From the NCBI GenBank assembly GCA_964559155.1, contig CAZLHA010000004.1, positions 1-40,152 on the forward strand: a DNA stretch of 40,152 bases. Reading direction: 5' to 3'. Below are positions 1-10,537 of this stretch, piece after piece (the first letter of the stretch is position 1; every line of letters starts with the position of its first letter). The notes under the pieces are model-generated. The model was not told the DNA's origin, ran no database searches, and worked only from the letters and a program-made list of their open reading frames with translations. Both the position numbers and the translations under genes were made by a program. The stretch is from an uncultured Candidatus Bathyarchaeia archaeon. Lineage in GTDB: Archaea; Thermoproteota; Bathyarchaeia; TCS64.

Positions 1-16
1 TACAGGACATGAATTT

Positions 17-355
17 TTATTGTGTTTTGATTCGCTGGGCTGATGTTTGTTTGAAGAGGCTTTTTCTGTATTTGTTTCTTCTTTGGTGGAGTTCTTTGAA
101 TAGTACATCGTACTCCTGTTTGAGTAGCAGGTAGGTTTTCAGGTATTCTTGGGCCTGGGGGCTGTTTTTGCGTATTTTTTCTATACGTCCCATGTTTTCG
201 GGGTCTTCAACTTCTATAAGGCTTCTTCCTGGGCTGTCCTGGAGGTCTTTGGTGTATTGCTGTACTTTTCTGTACCGTGGGCTGTTGCTGACTGTTTTTA
301 TCTGGTCTTCGATCTGCATGATCTGGGATAAGGCGTATGCCCTTGTAGAAGCCAT
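17..355 (-). CDS. Hypothetical protein, basic and helical (112 aa)
   Basis: ATG-started ORF, protein-like composition, tandem with the upstream minus-strand gene; no recognisable motif. Confidence 0.65.
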   Translation of the reverse strand: MASTRAYALSQIMQIEDQIKTVSNSPRYRKVQQYTKDLQDSPGRSLIEVEDPENMGRIEKIRKNSPQAQEYLKTYLLLKQEYDVLFKELHQRRNKYRKSLFKQTSAQRIKTQ

Positions 356-385
356 AATATTAGTATGGAGTTTGGGTTAATGAAT

Positions 386-745
386 CTATGTTATTTTTTC
401 CTTGTTTTTTCGGTGTTCTTGTATTATTTCTTGTATTATCTCGGCGTCTTTGGGGTCTTCTATGAGGTTCTCGAATTCTCTTATCTCGCCGAGTTTGAAG
501 CCCGAGTAGGCTCCAAGGATCCATCCTATGATCATTATCATGTACCATATGTCGCGGGCGACCCAGAGGTTTGTTGTCCAGAGGAAGAATGGGAACTCGA
601 AGGTTAGTCTTTTCTGTATCCCCCAGATGAATATGATCTCAAGCTGATACAGGCTTGCTAGGATTAGTATTCCGCTGAGTATTATTCCGATTATGGATTT
701 CGCGTAGTATTTGCGTATTATCTCTTGTCCCCGGTTTATTTCCAT
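386..745 (-). CDS. Hypothetical membrane protein (about 2 TM helices)
   Basis: Hydrophobic segments SIIGIILSGILILASLY and IWYMIMIIGWILGAY; AT-rich TATA-like palindrome at 766-782 about 25 nt upstream. Confidence 0.7.
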   Translation of the reverse strand: MEINRGQEIIRKYYAKSIIGIILSGILILASLYQLEIIFIWGIQKRLTFEFPFFLWTTNLWVARDIWYMIMIIGWILGAYSGFKLGEIREFENLIEDPKDAEIIQEIIQEHRKNKEKIT

Positions 746-976
746 CTGTCTCTTGTTTGTATAGTGTTTATAATTAATAAACGATGGTGACGCGGCATGT
801 TCTGGGCTTTAGCATTGTTGGTTTCAGGTTTGTTTTCTCGCCATTTCTTGTATCTTCTGGTTCATTTTTAGATGGGTCTCGGGGTGAGTTCCTTGGGGGG
901 TCTCTCTTGGGTCTTATACTTTGTCTTGAATTCTTGTCTAATATTATGTCTTAATCGGGGATAAATCTATAAATTT

Positions 977-3900
977 ATGCTTAAATTTAAGACTATGATA
1001 AGGGGTTTCAAAGGTAGCTTATTCTTAGTGGTATTTCTTGCGTTAATGGTGCCATTGGTACATGGTGGTACTCTTGAGGTGGGAAGTGGCTACGATTATT
1101 TGACGATTCAGTCAGCTATTGATGCTGCATCGGACGGGGATACTGTAATCGTTTACTCGGGAGTGTATCCCGAAAACGTTGTTATCGATAAGCCTTTGAC
1201 CCTTACTGGTGACGGTGAGCCTGTTATAGAGAGCCAGGGTGGCTTGAATGCGGTCTCTATTACGGTTGATGGGGTGGTTTTTCGTGGTTTTATCGTTACT
1301 GATGCTTTTTCTGGTGCAGGGGTCTCAGTTGAGTCCAGTGGTAATGTTGTGTCCGATAATAAGATCGAGAATAGTACCTACGGTATATACTTGGTTTCGG
1401 GTTCATCTGAGAACGAGATTCATAACAACAACATCACAGATCATACACCCAAAGAGTTTGGTTACGGAATATACCTAGACTCCGGGGTGGTTAATAACCT
1501 GATTCACCATAACATCCTAGATTATGATATCGGGTATTCTGTGAACAATGCATTTGATATGAATGACCCCAGTACAAATACTTGGTATGACGATACCGTA
1601 AACGAGGGTAACACGTATAGCGATTACTCGGGGGTGGATGCTGATGAGGATGGTATTGGTGATACACCGTATACTATTGATGGCCCCGGTGGTGCTCAGG
1701 ATCCCTACCCGTTGATGCCGCCTCCACCAGCCTCCGCTCCAACTATTACGTCGGGTAGTTTAACTCACACTGATATTACGTACCAATCCGCTGTTATCCA
1801 GTGGACTACTGATCAGGCTTCAAGTGATCACAGGGTGCTTTATGGTTATCAGTCAAACTTGTCGGATGGTGTTTGGAGTGACTACCTTAATGGTACGGAC
1901 TCTGTCTCAATACAATTAACAGGTTTAACCCCTAACTCAACAGTGTACTATCAGGCATACTCGTATAATAGAGATGATCATGGGCTCTTCTCATCGAGCA
2001 ATATAACCAGTTTTGATACCCCTAGGGCGCCAATTGTTTGGCACGTAGATGATGACTTGGCTGAGTACCCTGAAGCTGATTATCAGACGATAATGGAGGC
2101 GGTTAATGCCTCCATCTCTGATGACGCCATTGTGATTCATGAGGGGTACTATGTTGAGGATGTGGTTCTTGAGAAAAAACTCAACTTAACCGGAATAAAT
2201 TATCCAAAGATAGAGGCTAACCTCTCTCACGGAGTACACGTGAAATCACAGGGCTGTGTCCTCGAGAACCTGAATATCACCGCTGGGAATAGTTATGATG
2301 CTGTTCACATCGGTTATCCGATCGGTTTTTTCTGGAGTAATTGTGGTCAGACGCTTGTTACTGATTGTGAGCTTTTAGATAGCCAGTCCGGGGTCTATGT
2401 TAACCCGGGTAGCAATGACTGCAACATAACCCAGTGTAATATTAAGGGAAACGGTGTGGGGGTTCACCTCTATAGGTCAGATAATAACCTTGTCAATGGA
2501 TCTGATGTTTACTATAACGGGAAGGGTGTGGTTATTCAAGGTGGGAACCAGAACACTGTCTCTAATTCTCGGTTGGTGAATAACTCTGGAGCCTACGGGT
2601 TGCAGATTTACGAGTATCCCTGCCAAGATAACCGAGTAGAGTACAACCATTTTGTGAATAATGAGCTCTCCATCAAGGAAAACGTAGTGGGATCAGTGAT
2701 AACCAGGAACGGATTTAGTGTTGAGAGCAGCCCATCTACGCCTTTTCCATCTAACTACGATGCCATCTCATTGCATCTTGACTCAAGCGGTAGCGAGGTG
2801 AGTCATAATACTATCAATGGCAAGCTGTTGGCGGATATGGGGGATCACTCAGGGATTCTTCTGGACTCTGTCAGTAATTGTACCTTGCTTAATAACACTG
2901 TCAGGATGATGTACAAGGGAGTCTCTCTAATCAGCGCGGAAAATGTGACCATGAGGGAGAACACGCTCTACCATAATAACTATAATTTTCACATCGAGAT
3001 GCACTCAAGCTACGCTGGCCCGATTGATCCATCCTTGTTTGTTCATGATATTGATACAAGTAATACGGTTGAGGGAAAGGAGATTCATTACTACGTGGAT
3101 CAGGATGACTTGGTTCTGAGTAGTGTTACTCTTCCTGATGTGGGTTATCTTGCCGTTGTGAATGGAAGGAATATCCGTGTAAGTGAATTGGTGTTAACTG
3201 AGAACAGTCAGGGGATCCTGTTATTCAACGTTGAGAATACCACTGTCGAGAACGTGTATACTTGGGGTAACCACTTGGCTGGAGTTATGGTCTATGAGTC
3301 TTCAGGAGTTACCATCGTTGATTCGCGTCTGAAGAACAATGGTGATGATGAATCCATAGGGGATGACTATAGCAGCGTCGGTCTCCTTGGAATACGCAGT
3401 GACTCCATCATAGCCAGTGGTTGTGAATTCAGTAATAATGAGCGAATAGGAGTAGAGCTCATTTACTCCACGGACTGTGAGGTAACCGACTCAGAGATAA
3501 TAGATAATGGAAGAGATACGTTGAGCTCTGGGCACCGTGGGATGGGGATCCGGGTTGACGGTGACTCGCATAGTAACCTGTTTAAAACAAACATCATTAA
3601 GGGGGAGACCATTGACCGGCAATACTATGGTATATGGCTAGGATCATCCACAACGGGAAACACCATCTATGATAATGTTTTTGACAACGATCTAAACGCG
3701 AGAGACCTGGATGGCGCTGAGAACTGGAACCTCACCAAGACACCGGGTATTAACATTCTCGGCGGAAACTATCTGGGGGGTAACAGGTGGAGCGACTACT
3801 CCGGTGGAGACACGGATTATGATGGCTTAGGGGACACGGATCTACCGTATACTGCAGGTGGAGAGATCGGGTCTGGTGGAGATTTTCTGCCCCTTACCAC

Positions 3901-6900
3901 GAGTGACGACTGGGTGAATGACGGTGTTCCACCGACTATTTTCTTGGTTAACCCTGTGGAGGGGATGACTTTATCTGGTGACTCATTGACGATTAATGTT
4001 TCTTCCCCTGATCTCGATGTGGATAGATGGTGGTATGTGCTGGATAATGGCCCTGATACTGGGTTCACCCCCGGCGGAGTGGAGTCAACTATCAATGGGT
4101 TATCCGAGGGAGATCACACAATAGAGATACACGTAGCGGATGTGTTCGATAACCAAGACCATGAGACAGTAAATTTTGATGTTGATATACCGGAGCCAAG
4201 CTCATACCTCCCCCTTATTCGTCCCCCCATGCCCGAAGTACCGCCTGAGGAGGCTGAGTTCCAGATCGCGATAACGCCCCTTCAGTCTATGCCCAGCAGT
4301 AGCAGAGCCTTGAGTTTCGAGATATTTGACTCGGATGATTTGCTCAGGAAGAGCTATAGTCTAGATGGTGGTGTGACTGAAAACCTTAACCGGAATATGA
4401 TATCTCTAGAAAGGCTTACCGTGGGGGAACACTCACTAGAAGTCTACGGTGAATCCTATGATAATAAAATAGGGTATGGTGTGTACAATTTCACGGTTAT
4501 TCCAGTTAACCTGGATATGTTTGAGACCTATGGACCAGAGTATGTTGATGATATCGCTCTGAGTTTTATCTCACGGGATATGGATTGTATTCTCCAATTT
4601 GAGGGATGGGCTGATGAAACAAGTGATGTAGACCTGTACGTTAACAACCTTCTACGGGGTACACCTGGGTCTAGTACCGAGATAGATGATGTGGGTGACG
4701 GCGAATATCTTGGCTCCTTTGAATTAGGCGCAGGTTGGAGAGAGTATACTCTTCCCCTTAACCGGAGTTCTCTTGGCTCAGGTGGTGAGAACATATTGTC
4801 CTTTATTCATTCAAGTAACCCTGGTGCCTCCACTGGTCTCATTGACTGGAGTATAAGGAATGTAGTCATCCGTTATGATGATCCAATAAACCTCCCCGAG
4901 ATCCAGGTATCATTCACGGATAGAGCAATAACTATTGGAGACCATGTTGAGGCATCTATCAGTATATCAGGAGTAACCAATCACACCCAGTATGATTCTT
5001 ATCTGTATTTGATTACTCCTGAGGGGGGTAAATACTATTATCCAGATTTTTCACCGGAGCCGCACCCCCTTGATGATTTATACTTGATGAGTAATTATAA
5101 TGGAATCGTCCCAGGGCAATTTGAATCGAGTAGATTTAATGAGACAGGTCTCCTGAGACTGGTGGGGAAGGTCACTCTGAAAGGTGATACTACACCGCTC
5201 TCGCTCAGTAATGATAACGCGTATTTTCACGGTAATAGTAGTGTTAGGCTTTTCCTGAGCCGTGACCTGTTGACTGATGGGGCTCCATTATCGATTGGGT
5301 ACGCGTATACGAACCCAGATCGCCTGATGAATAACAGTATCCAGTTCTCCGTGGAGGATCCCAACGAGAACCGGGTCTACTACCCGGAGGGCTCAAGCTA
5401 TGCTTCAAGCACCAAGCTTACCGCTAGCGACTCTGGTTACGTAGATTTAGTTGAGACTATTATTACCCCGGACTGGGTGAATGGTACGTATATTATACGT
5501 GCGTCTCTTTTCGACCAGAACGATACGTTGCTGGATGATGATCTGGCGTTCTTTGATGTGGCGAGAAACCCTGTCGAGTTAAGAGGTCGCCTGATCCACT
5601 CCGAGATAGACGGGGATATTGTCTACTCTGAGGTCAGGGTACGTGATGCTTACACGCTTGAATCCGTGTATACGAAGATCACTGATGAGGAGCATGAGAC
5701 TTACTCTATTGTGTTGGCTCCTGGTTTGTACGTATTATCTATGGAGGTGTATTCTAATACGAATCATTACTATGTGTCTCATCCAAGTGTGGTTAGGGTT
5801 GGGGCTGAACCTGTGGTGTATCATGATATTGATCTAGGGTACAGTAACAAAGTGATCGATGTAATGCCCTCTACCCAGATTGGTGTTAATTGGTGGGAGA
5901 CAGATGAAACTCAGAAAAACCTGTTGTATAGTGATGAACTTGACACCATTTTAAACCCATTCTCGTATAATCCAAGATATGTTCCCGTACAGGATGCGGG
6001 TTCTCCCTGTTCCAAACCCATAGTGTATGTGACCGTAGATTTCGGGGATACTGTGCTCTCCGACCTATTAGACGAGTACCCGGGCGATACGCAGGGTACC
6101 TTGAATCGGTTCTTCTCTGCGAAGCTAGCTAACATGGTTAAGCGGTTCTCTCCGGGGGTTAAGGTGAATAGTTTCGCTGGTCTCTATGATGGCCTGGAGG
6201 AGTTAGAATCCAATATTGAGGAACAGGGAAACGCGGGTGAGTATCTTTCCTCAAAGGTCGGTTTCGAGTATCTGCTAAGCTTAAAACTGGATTCTCTGGG
6301 AAACACCTCGATCGTGTCCGGTACCCTGTATGATCTTGATAACGCATTGGTTGTTGGCAGGCAGCACGTCACTGAGTCCATTGATATGGGGATATTCAGT
6401 GTAGCAACAGGTTTCGGTGACCTAGGGCAGGTTATTAACAGCTGGGAGATATCTCATTCCCTACCACCAAGGGACCCTAGACTGGTAATAGATTTATCAA
6501 AGGATAGTGTGACTGCTGAGCAGGGACAGAATCAATTAACCATAACTGTTACTGCGACTAATTGTAAGGGTGAACCAGTTGAGGATATGAATATTTATTT
6601 CTCCCCGGCTGGTAAGGCTATCTCAGGCTCGGTTCCTAGGGGTAGGGTTGAGGCGGATGGGGAGACTGGGGGCTATGTTTACGCCAAAACTAACGGAGAT
6701 GGGGTGGCTCAGGCGACTTATACCCTGTACCGGGGGATTAACTCTGATACCGAAGAGATCGATGTTCACGCTGTCGGCAGGGGTAATAAGAGGGTTAAAC
6801 GAACGGCACGGTTTGATATCAATGGGGTGACGCTGCAGGCTTGGGCCGAGGAAAGCAACCTTGGTCCCTTGGAGGAGACAACTATTCATGTGAAACTCTT

Positions 6901-7996
6901 CTCAAAGCAGGATGGCGAGGAGGTTCCACTGGCTGGGAGAAAGATATACTATGATGACTCTGATATCAGGGACAGTAAGCTTCTCCCTTTGGGTGAGACT
7001 GAGGGTGGGCTACTGGTTACTGATGCGAATGGTGAGGCGAGGCTACGTTTCATCGCTGGTGAAAAGGAGGGCCAGATCGGTGTCCTGTTCAGATATAACC
7101 TCGAGTTGAATGATCCCCAGTTCCCCGGTTTCGCGATGGGGGATCACGTGGTGGATAAGGCTATACTGGAGGTCAAGGCTGACGAGTTCCTCGTTTATAT
7201 TACCTGGGGTGAGGATGTCAGTTGGAGCTATAACTGGTATCGGGAGCATCATTATGATGGATGGAAGAAAGGCGAGTACCATTACTCGATGAAATCAAAG
7301 ACGATCTGGGATAGACAAGGGGGTAAAGAGGATAGTGACTCATCCTTCATTTTTGATATCAGTAATGATTTTTATGAACATGAGAATCATGCGTGGACTA
7401 CTTGTGATGGTCACTGGTTTGAGGGGGATTACTACTGTGATGATTACAGGTTGTTGTCTGAGGATGAGTACACGTCAGTAAGTGATAGTGGTAGAGTGGT
7501 TGGTGAGTTCGACGAGACCACCATCAATATGGTGTTGAAGAAGGATGCTCAGGATAACCTCTATGTTAGAATTAACCCGGTAAATATTCCGTTCAGGTTA
7601 TCTGGTCAATATATGCTTGACTCTGTGTACTCGTGGATTGACTATGAGCATTTCGAGGACGAGCGAACGGGTGATTATTATAAGGTTCAGATAGGTAGCG
7701 GCTCGGTTCCAAGACACTATGATTATGATTACTCTGGTAAGAGTATGCGTCCATACACGGAGCTTACGAGTCTAGATGTTCTGTACCGGCACCCCGCCTT
7801 GAGGGGATACCCTTCATACTGGTATGGCCCGGGTTTCAGGAGGGGGGTTATCAAGATTGAGAAAACTGGTGAGTCTACCTACAAGCCGTATAGGTATAAG
7901 TGGGGGACCTCTACGAATTTTGAGGACTCATTTTATGGCTCATACGGGGCTCGGAGTGTTTCAAGGATTTTTACTATTAGGGTGATTAAGCGATGA
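977..7996 (+). CDS. Giant secreted cell-surface protein: signal peptide, NosD/CASH parallel beta-helix repeats, FN3 domain, Ig-like domains, CsgG/TolB-N-like domain, two invasin-type Big_1 domains, aromatic-rich C-terminal domain
   Basis: Hydrophobic N-terminal signal; TIQSAIDAASDGDTVIVYSGVYPENVVIDKPLTL and GNxWSDYxGxDxDxDGxGDTPY motifs; many N-rich beta-helix rungs; AVIQWTTD...LTGLTPNSTVYYQA (FN3); TNGDGVAQATYT and TDANGEARLRF (Big_1). Confidence 0.9.
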   Translation: MLKFKTMIRGFKGSLFLVVFLALMVPLVHGGTLEVGSGYDYLTIQSAIDAASDGDTVIVYSGVYPENVVIDKPLTLTGDGEPVIESQGGLNAVSITVDGVVFRGFIVTDAFSGAGVSVESSGNVVSDNKIENSTYGIYLVSGSSENEIHNNNITDHTPKEFGYGIYLDSGVVNNLIHHNILDYDIGYSVNNAFDMNDPSTNTWYDDTVNEGNTYSDYSGVDADEDGIGDTPYTIDGPGGAQDPYPLMPPPPASAPTITSGSLTHTDITYQSAVIQWTTDQASSDHRVLYGYQSNLSDGVWSDYLNGTDSVSIQLTGLTPNSTVYYQAYSYNRDDHGLFSSSNITSFDTPRAPIVWHVDDDLAEYPEADYQTIMEAVNASISDDAIVIHEGYYVEDVVLEKKLNLTGINYPKIEANLSHGVHVKSQGCVLENLNITAGNSYDAVHIGYPIGFFWSNCGQTLVTDCELLDSQSGVYVNPGSNDCNITQCNIKGNGVGVHLYRSDNNLVNGSDVYYNGKGVVIQGGNQNTVSNSRLVNNSGAYGLQIYEYPCQDNRVEYNHFVNNELSIKENVVGSVITRNGFSVESSPSTPFPSNYDAISLHLDSSGSEVSHNTINGKLLADMGDHSGILLDSVSNCTLLNNTVRMMYKGVSLISAENVTMRENTLYHNNYNFHIEMHSSYAGPIDPSLFVHDIDTSNTVEGKEIHYYVDQDDLVLSSVTLPDVGYLAVVNGRNIRVSELVLTENSQGILLFNVENTTVENVYTWGNHLAGVMVYESSGVTIVDSRLKNNGDDESIGDDYSSVGLLGIRSDSIIASGCEFSNNERIGVELIYSTDCEVTDSEIIDNGRDTLSSGHRGMGIRVDGDSHSNLFKTNIIKGETIDRQYYGIWLGSSTTGNTIYDNVFDNDLNARDLDGAENWNLTKTPGINILGGNYLGGNRWSDYSGGDTDYDGLGDTDLPYTAGGEIGSGGDFLPLTTSDDWVNDGVPPTIFLVNPVEGMTLSGDSLTINVSSPDLDVDRWWYVLDNGPDTGFTPGGVESTINGLSEGDHTIEIHVADVFDNQDHETVNFDVDIPEPSSYLPLIRPPMPEVPPEEAEFQIAITPLQSMPSSSRALSFEIFDSDDLLRKSYSLDGGVTENLNRNMISLERLTVGEHSLEVYGESYDNKIGYGVYNFTVIPVNLDMFETYGPEYVDDIALSFISRDMDCILQFEGWADETSDVDLYVNNLLRGTPGSSTEIDDVGDGEYLGSFELGAGWREYTLPLNRSSLGSGGENILSFIHSSNPGASTGLIDWSIRNVVIRYDDPINLPEIQVSFTDRAITIGDHVEASISISGVTNHTQYDSYLYLITPEGGKYYYPDFSPEPHPLDDLYLMSNYNGIVPGQFESSRFNETGLLRLVGKVTLKGDTTPLSLSNDNAYFHGNSSVRLFLSRDLLTDGAPLSIGYAYTNPDRLMNNSIQFSVEDPNENRVYYPEGSSYASSTKLTASDSGYVDLVETIITPDWVNGTYIIRASLFDQNDTLLDDDLAFFDVARNPVELRGRLIHSEIDGDIVYSEVRVRDAYTLESVYTKITDEEHETYSIVLAPGLYVLSMEVYSNTNHYYVSHPSVVRVGAEPVVYHDIDLGYSNKVIDVMPSTQIGVNWWETDETQKNLLYSDELDTILNPFSYNPRYVPVQDAGSPCSKPIVYVTVDFGDTVLSDLLDEYPGDTQGTLNRFFSAKLANMVKRFSPGVKVNSFAGLYDGLEELESNIEEQGNAGEYLSSKVGFEYLLSLKLDSLGNTSIVSGTLYDLDNALVVGRQHVTESIDMGIFSVATGFGDLGQVINSWEISHSLPPRDPRLVIDLSKDSVTAEQGQNQLTITVTATNCKGEPVEDMNIYFSPAGKAISGSVPRGRVEADGETGGYVYAKTNGDGVAQATYTLYRGINSDTEEIDVHAVGRGNKRVKRTARFDINGVTLQAWAEESNLGPLEETTIHVKLFSKQDGEEVPLAGRKIYYDDSDIRDSKLLPLGETEGGLLVTDANGEARLRFIAGEKEGQIGVLFRYNLELNDPQFPGFAMGDHVVDKAILEVKADEFLVYITWGEDVSWSYNWYREHHYDGWKKGEYHYSMKSKTIWDRQGGKEDSDSSFIFDISNDFYEHENHAWTTCDGHWFEGDYYCDDYRLLSEDEYTSVSDSGRVVGEFDETTINMVLKKDAQDNLYVRINPVNIPFRLSGQYMLDSVYSWIDYEHFEDERTGDYYKVQIGSGSVPRHYDYDYSGKSMRPYTELTSLDVLYRHPALRGYPSYWYGPGFRRGVIKIEKTGESTYKPYRYKWGTSTNFEDSFYGSYGARSVSRIFTIRVIKR

Positions 7997-9474
7997 GAAG
8001 AATATTATTATTGGTATTATTGTTGACGCCGACCTCAATTATCGAAGCCGAGGTGCTATCCACGTGTCCAGAACAGTGCGGAGGGTACTCGAATATTCAA
8101 GCAGTGATTAACGAGGCTGAAGATGGGGATACTGTGTTGCTGGAGGAGGGGGCTTATACTGAAAACATAGTGATTAACAAGTCCATCGCCCTAATGGGCT
8201 CTGGATCCGGTGCTTTTCTCGTCTCATCTGGTAGGGGTCCGGTGATCTCTGTTGTTGTGGATAATGTGACTGTCTCATCTTTGTCTGTAGGGTACGCAGT
8301 GAAGGGTGTGGAGGCGGTGGGTTGCCGGGGGTTGCGGGTTGAGGACTGTGTCTTCGTGAATAACAGCGTTGGTGTTTCTTGTGTTGAGACAGTAGCTGCC
8401 GAGGTTCGTGGGTGTTCTTTCTCCAGTAATAGTTATGGATGCGTCACGGTGATGGACTCTGTGAATACCTCGATTAGTTCATGTGGTTTCAGTGACTGTG
8501 AGCTGGGTGTGGGGTTGATGCGCTCCGGTGGCAACAAGGTGACTGGAAACATGTTTAACGGGGTTTCTGTGGCCTTGAGGATGGATGGCTCTCATGAGAA
8601 CAGGGTGGAGATGAACCGGTTCATCGGTGTTGAGAAGGCGGTTCTACTGGTTGATTCATCTGGTAATAATGTCTCGGGTAATGTATGCGTTAATACCTCT
8701 ACTTTTATTGGGGCTTATCTCTCGTCGAAGAATCTCTTCCAGGATAACAATGCTACTGGTGAGGTTTTTGCCAGAGATAGTTACTCGTATGATAATTCTT
8801 ACTTGTTCGGGGAGGCGTTGGTGTCTGGCAGCTTTTTTAATCTAGGGTTGCTGGGAGGCGAGGCTCCGTCTGGTTACCGTGGTAGAAGCCCTGTTTTTAA
8901 CCTCACGTTTACTGGGGATGTAAGGGAGGGGGAAGCCGTGGTGGTTTACCCTGTGGAAGAGGAGGAGAGACTGGGTTTGTACCGTTTAACGGGGGGTACC
9001 ATGGATCTGGTGTCTGCTCCAGAGGTGTTTAATGGCTCCCTGGAGCTACGGGGGATATTGAGTGACTCTGGACTCTACCGGGTGCTTGAAGAGTATGATA
9101 CTGTTGCACCGGTGGCACGGTTTGAATGTAACTCCTCTGTGACGCAGAACTCTACAATGGTTTTTGATGCCTCTGCTTCCACGGATAATGTCGTTGTGGT
9201 TGAATATCGCTGGGATTTCGGTGATGGGGTAGTCGGTGTGGGGGAGAAGGCTTATCACAGGTATGATGAGGTTGGTGAGTTTAATGTCTCTTTGAGGGTA
9301 CTGGATGGGATGGGGAACGTGGATACCGTTAGTAGGGTGGTTTCTGTGGTGGGATTGGAGACAGTGGATGAGGGTGGGGGCTCTAGGTGGCTGTATGTTG
9401 GATTGATCGTGATCTTGGCCGGTATAGTCGGTTTGGTGTATATTCGTATGAAGTCCAATGAGGGTTATATGTAA
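7993..9474 (+). CDS. NosD/beta-helix plus PKD domain surface protein with C-terminal TM anchor
   Basis: Signal peptide; NIQAVINEAEDGDTVLLEEGAYTENIVINK; PKD motif FDASASTD...YRWDFGDG; C-terminal hydrophobic helix then basic residues; ATGA overlap with the upstream gene. Confidence 0.9.
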   Translation: MRRILLLVLLLTPTSIIEAEVLSTCPEQCGGYSNIQAVINEAEDGDTVLLEEGAYTENIVINKSIALMGSGSGAFLVSSGRGPVISVVVDNVTVSSLSVGYAVKGVEAVGCRGLRVEDCVFVNNSVGVSCVETVAAEVRGCSFSSNSYGCVTVMDSVNTSISSCGFSDCELGVGLMRSGGNKVTGNMFNGVSVALRMDGSHENRVEMNRFIGVEKAVLLVDSSGNNVSGNVCVNTSTFIGAYLSSKNLFQDNNATGEVFARDSYSYDNSYLFGEALVSGSFFNLGLLGGEAPSGYRGRSPVFNLTFTGDVREGEAVVVYPVEEEERLGLYRLTGGTMDLVSAPEVFNGSLELRGILSDSGLYRVLEEYDTVAPVARFECNSSVTQNSTMVFDASASTDNVVVVEYRWDFGDGVVGVGEKAYHRYDEVGEFNVSLRVLDGMGNVDTVSRVVSVVGLETVDEGGGSRWLYVGLIVILAGIVGLVYIRMKSNEGYM

Positions 9475-9522
9475 TAAAGCTGGTTGTTTGATTCATAGTC
9501 GAGTGTCATAAAGAGAATGAGA

Positions 9523-9984
9523 TTATTTTATTTCGCAGTATTCCTGGTGTTTTACTACGAGTACCGGGGCTGTACAACTATTGACTACTTGTTGACTCAC
9601 TGAGCCTAGCATCCATGTGAGTAAGCCACCTGTTCCCCTGTTGCCGACCACTATGAGGTCGCTGCCTCTGGCTTTAGTTGCCTCTGTGATGGTCTTGGCT
9701 GGTTTACCTTCCATGACAATGGGCACTGTTTTGAGGTCTGGGTGCCTGTGTTTGATGTCTTGGTCTGTTTTTTTGAGCATTTGTTTGTAGCTGGTTCGTA
9801 GGTCGTCTTGGTACTTGGGTAGGTAGGCTGGTAGGGCGTCTTCTGTTAACATGGGTGGCGGGTAGGGGGCTACTGTCAGGATGGTGAGCTCTGCTCCGTC
9901 ATCTACGGCTATCTGGGACGCTACTTCAAGAGCGTGGAGACTGGGATCAGATCCATCAATAGCCACTAAGATGTTCTTAAACAT
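9523..9984 (-). CDS. uspA: Universal stress protein (UspA family)
   Basis: MFKNILVAIDGS...DLIVVGNRG...LGSVSQQVV...PVLVVK. Confidence 0.95.
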   Translation of the reverse strand: MFKNILVAIDGSDPSLHALEVASQIAVDDGAELTILTVAPYPPPMLTEDALPAYLPKYQDDLRTSYKQMLKKTDQDIKHRHPDLKTVPIVMEGKPAKTITEATKARGSDLIVVGNRGTGGLLTWMLGSVSQQVVNSCTAPVLVVKHQEYCEIK

Positions 9985-10472
9985 ACAAACACAATAGACA
10001 TGGTAGTATATAATTATGAATTAGATTTAATCTTCGAATACTTCCGCTACTTTTTCTTGTATGTTGGGCATCATAATCCAAAAAGTATTCCAGTTCTTTT
10101 TCATTTAGTCTTCTATTACGAACAACGTCATATCTCTAATCCAAATTATTGACTCTAGCATAAAAATAACCTCAGCATCCAGATTCACCACAGACATGGT
10201 ACAGGCTCATATTCATAAGCTGCTTTCATCGACCCTGATAAAGACCAGCTACCTCGGGGAACCTGATTTACTCTGCATCCTCCACAGGTACAATAAACGA
10301 CCTAAAAACCACCACACCACCAAAAAGTTCACTCACACAACTGGAAAACACCAAAAATGCTACCAAAAGCATGAAAAAACAACACTCAAACAAAATATAT
10401 ACATCACCCAAGAACACGACAAGCATTAACCAACTCAAGAAAAAACCAGAAAAGTATACACCAGCCCCGGGG

Positions 10473-10532
10473 TTTAAAAACAGCCCCCCGCATATACCCC
10501 CACTCTAACACAGAGCTCTACAGACGGAGGTG
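10473..10532 (+). promoter_or_regulatory. TATA box and Shine-Dalgarno of the cold-shock gene
   Basis: TTTAAAAA at 10473-10480; GGAGGTG at 10526-10532, 5 nt before the ATG at 10538. Confidence 0.6.
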
Positions 10533-10537
10533 CAAAA

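Noticed and set aside
7190-7996. DGR variable region at the tip of the giant protein
   Set aside because: No template repeat or reverse transcriptase in the window
10021-10290. Possible degraded minus-strand gene
   Set aside because: Only short interrupted frames with no recognisable homology
10196-10429. 77-aa ORF
   Set aside because: K/H/T/Q-rich product explained by extreme A/C composition that lacks stop codons
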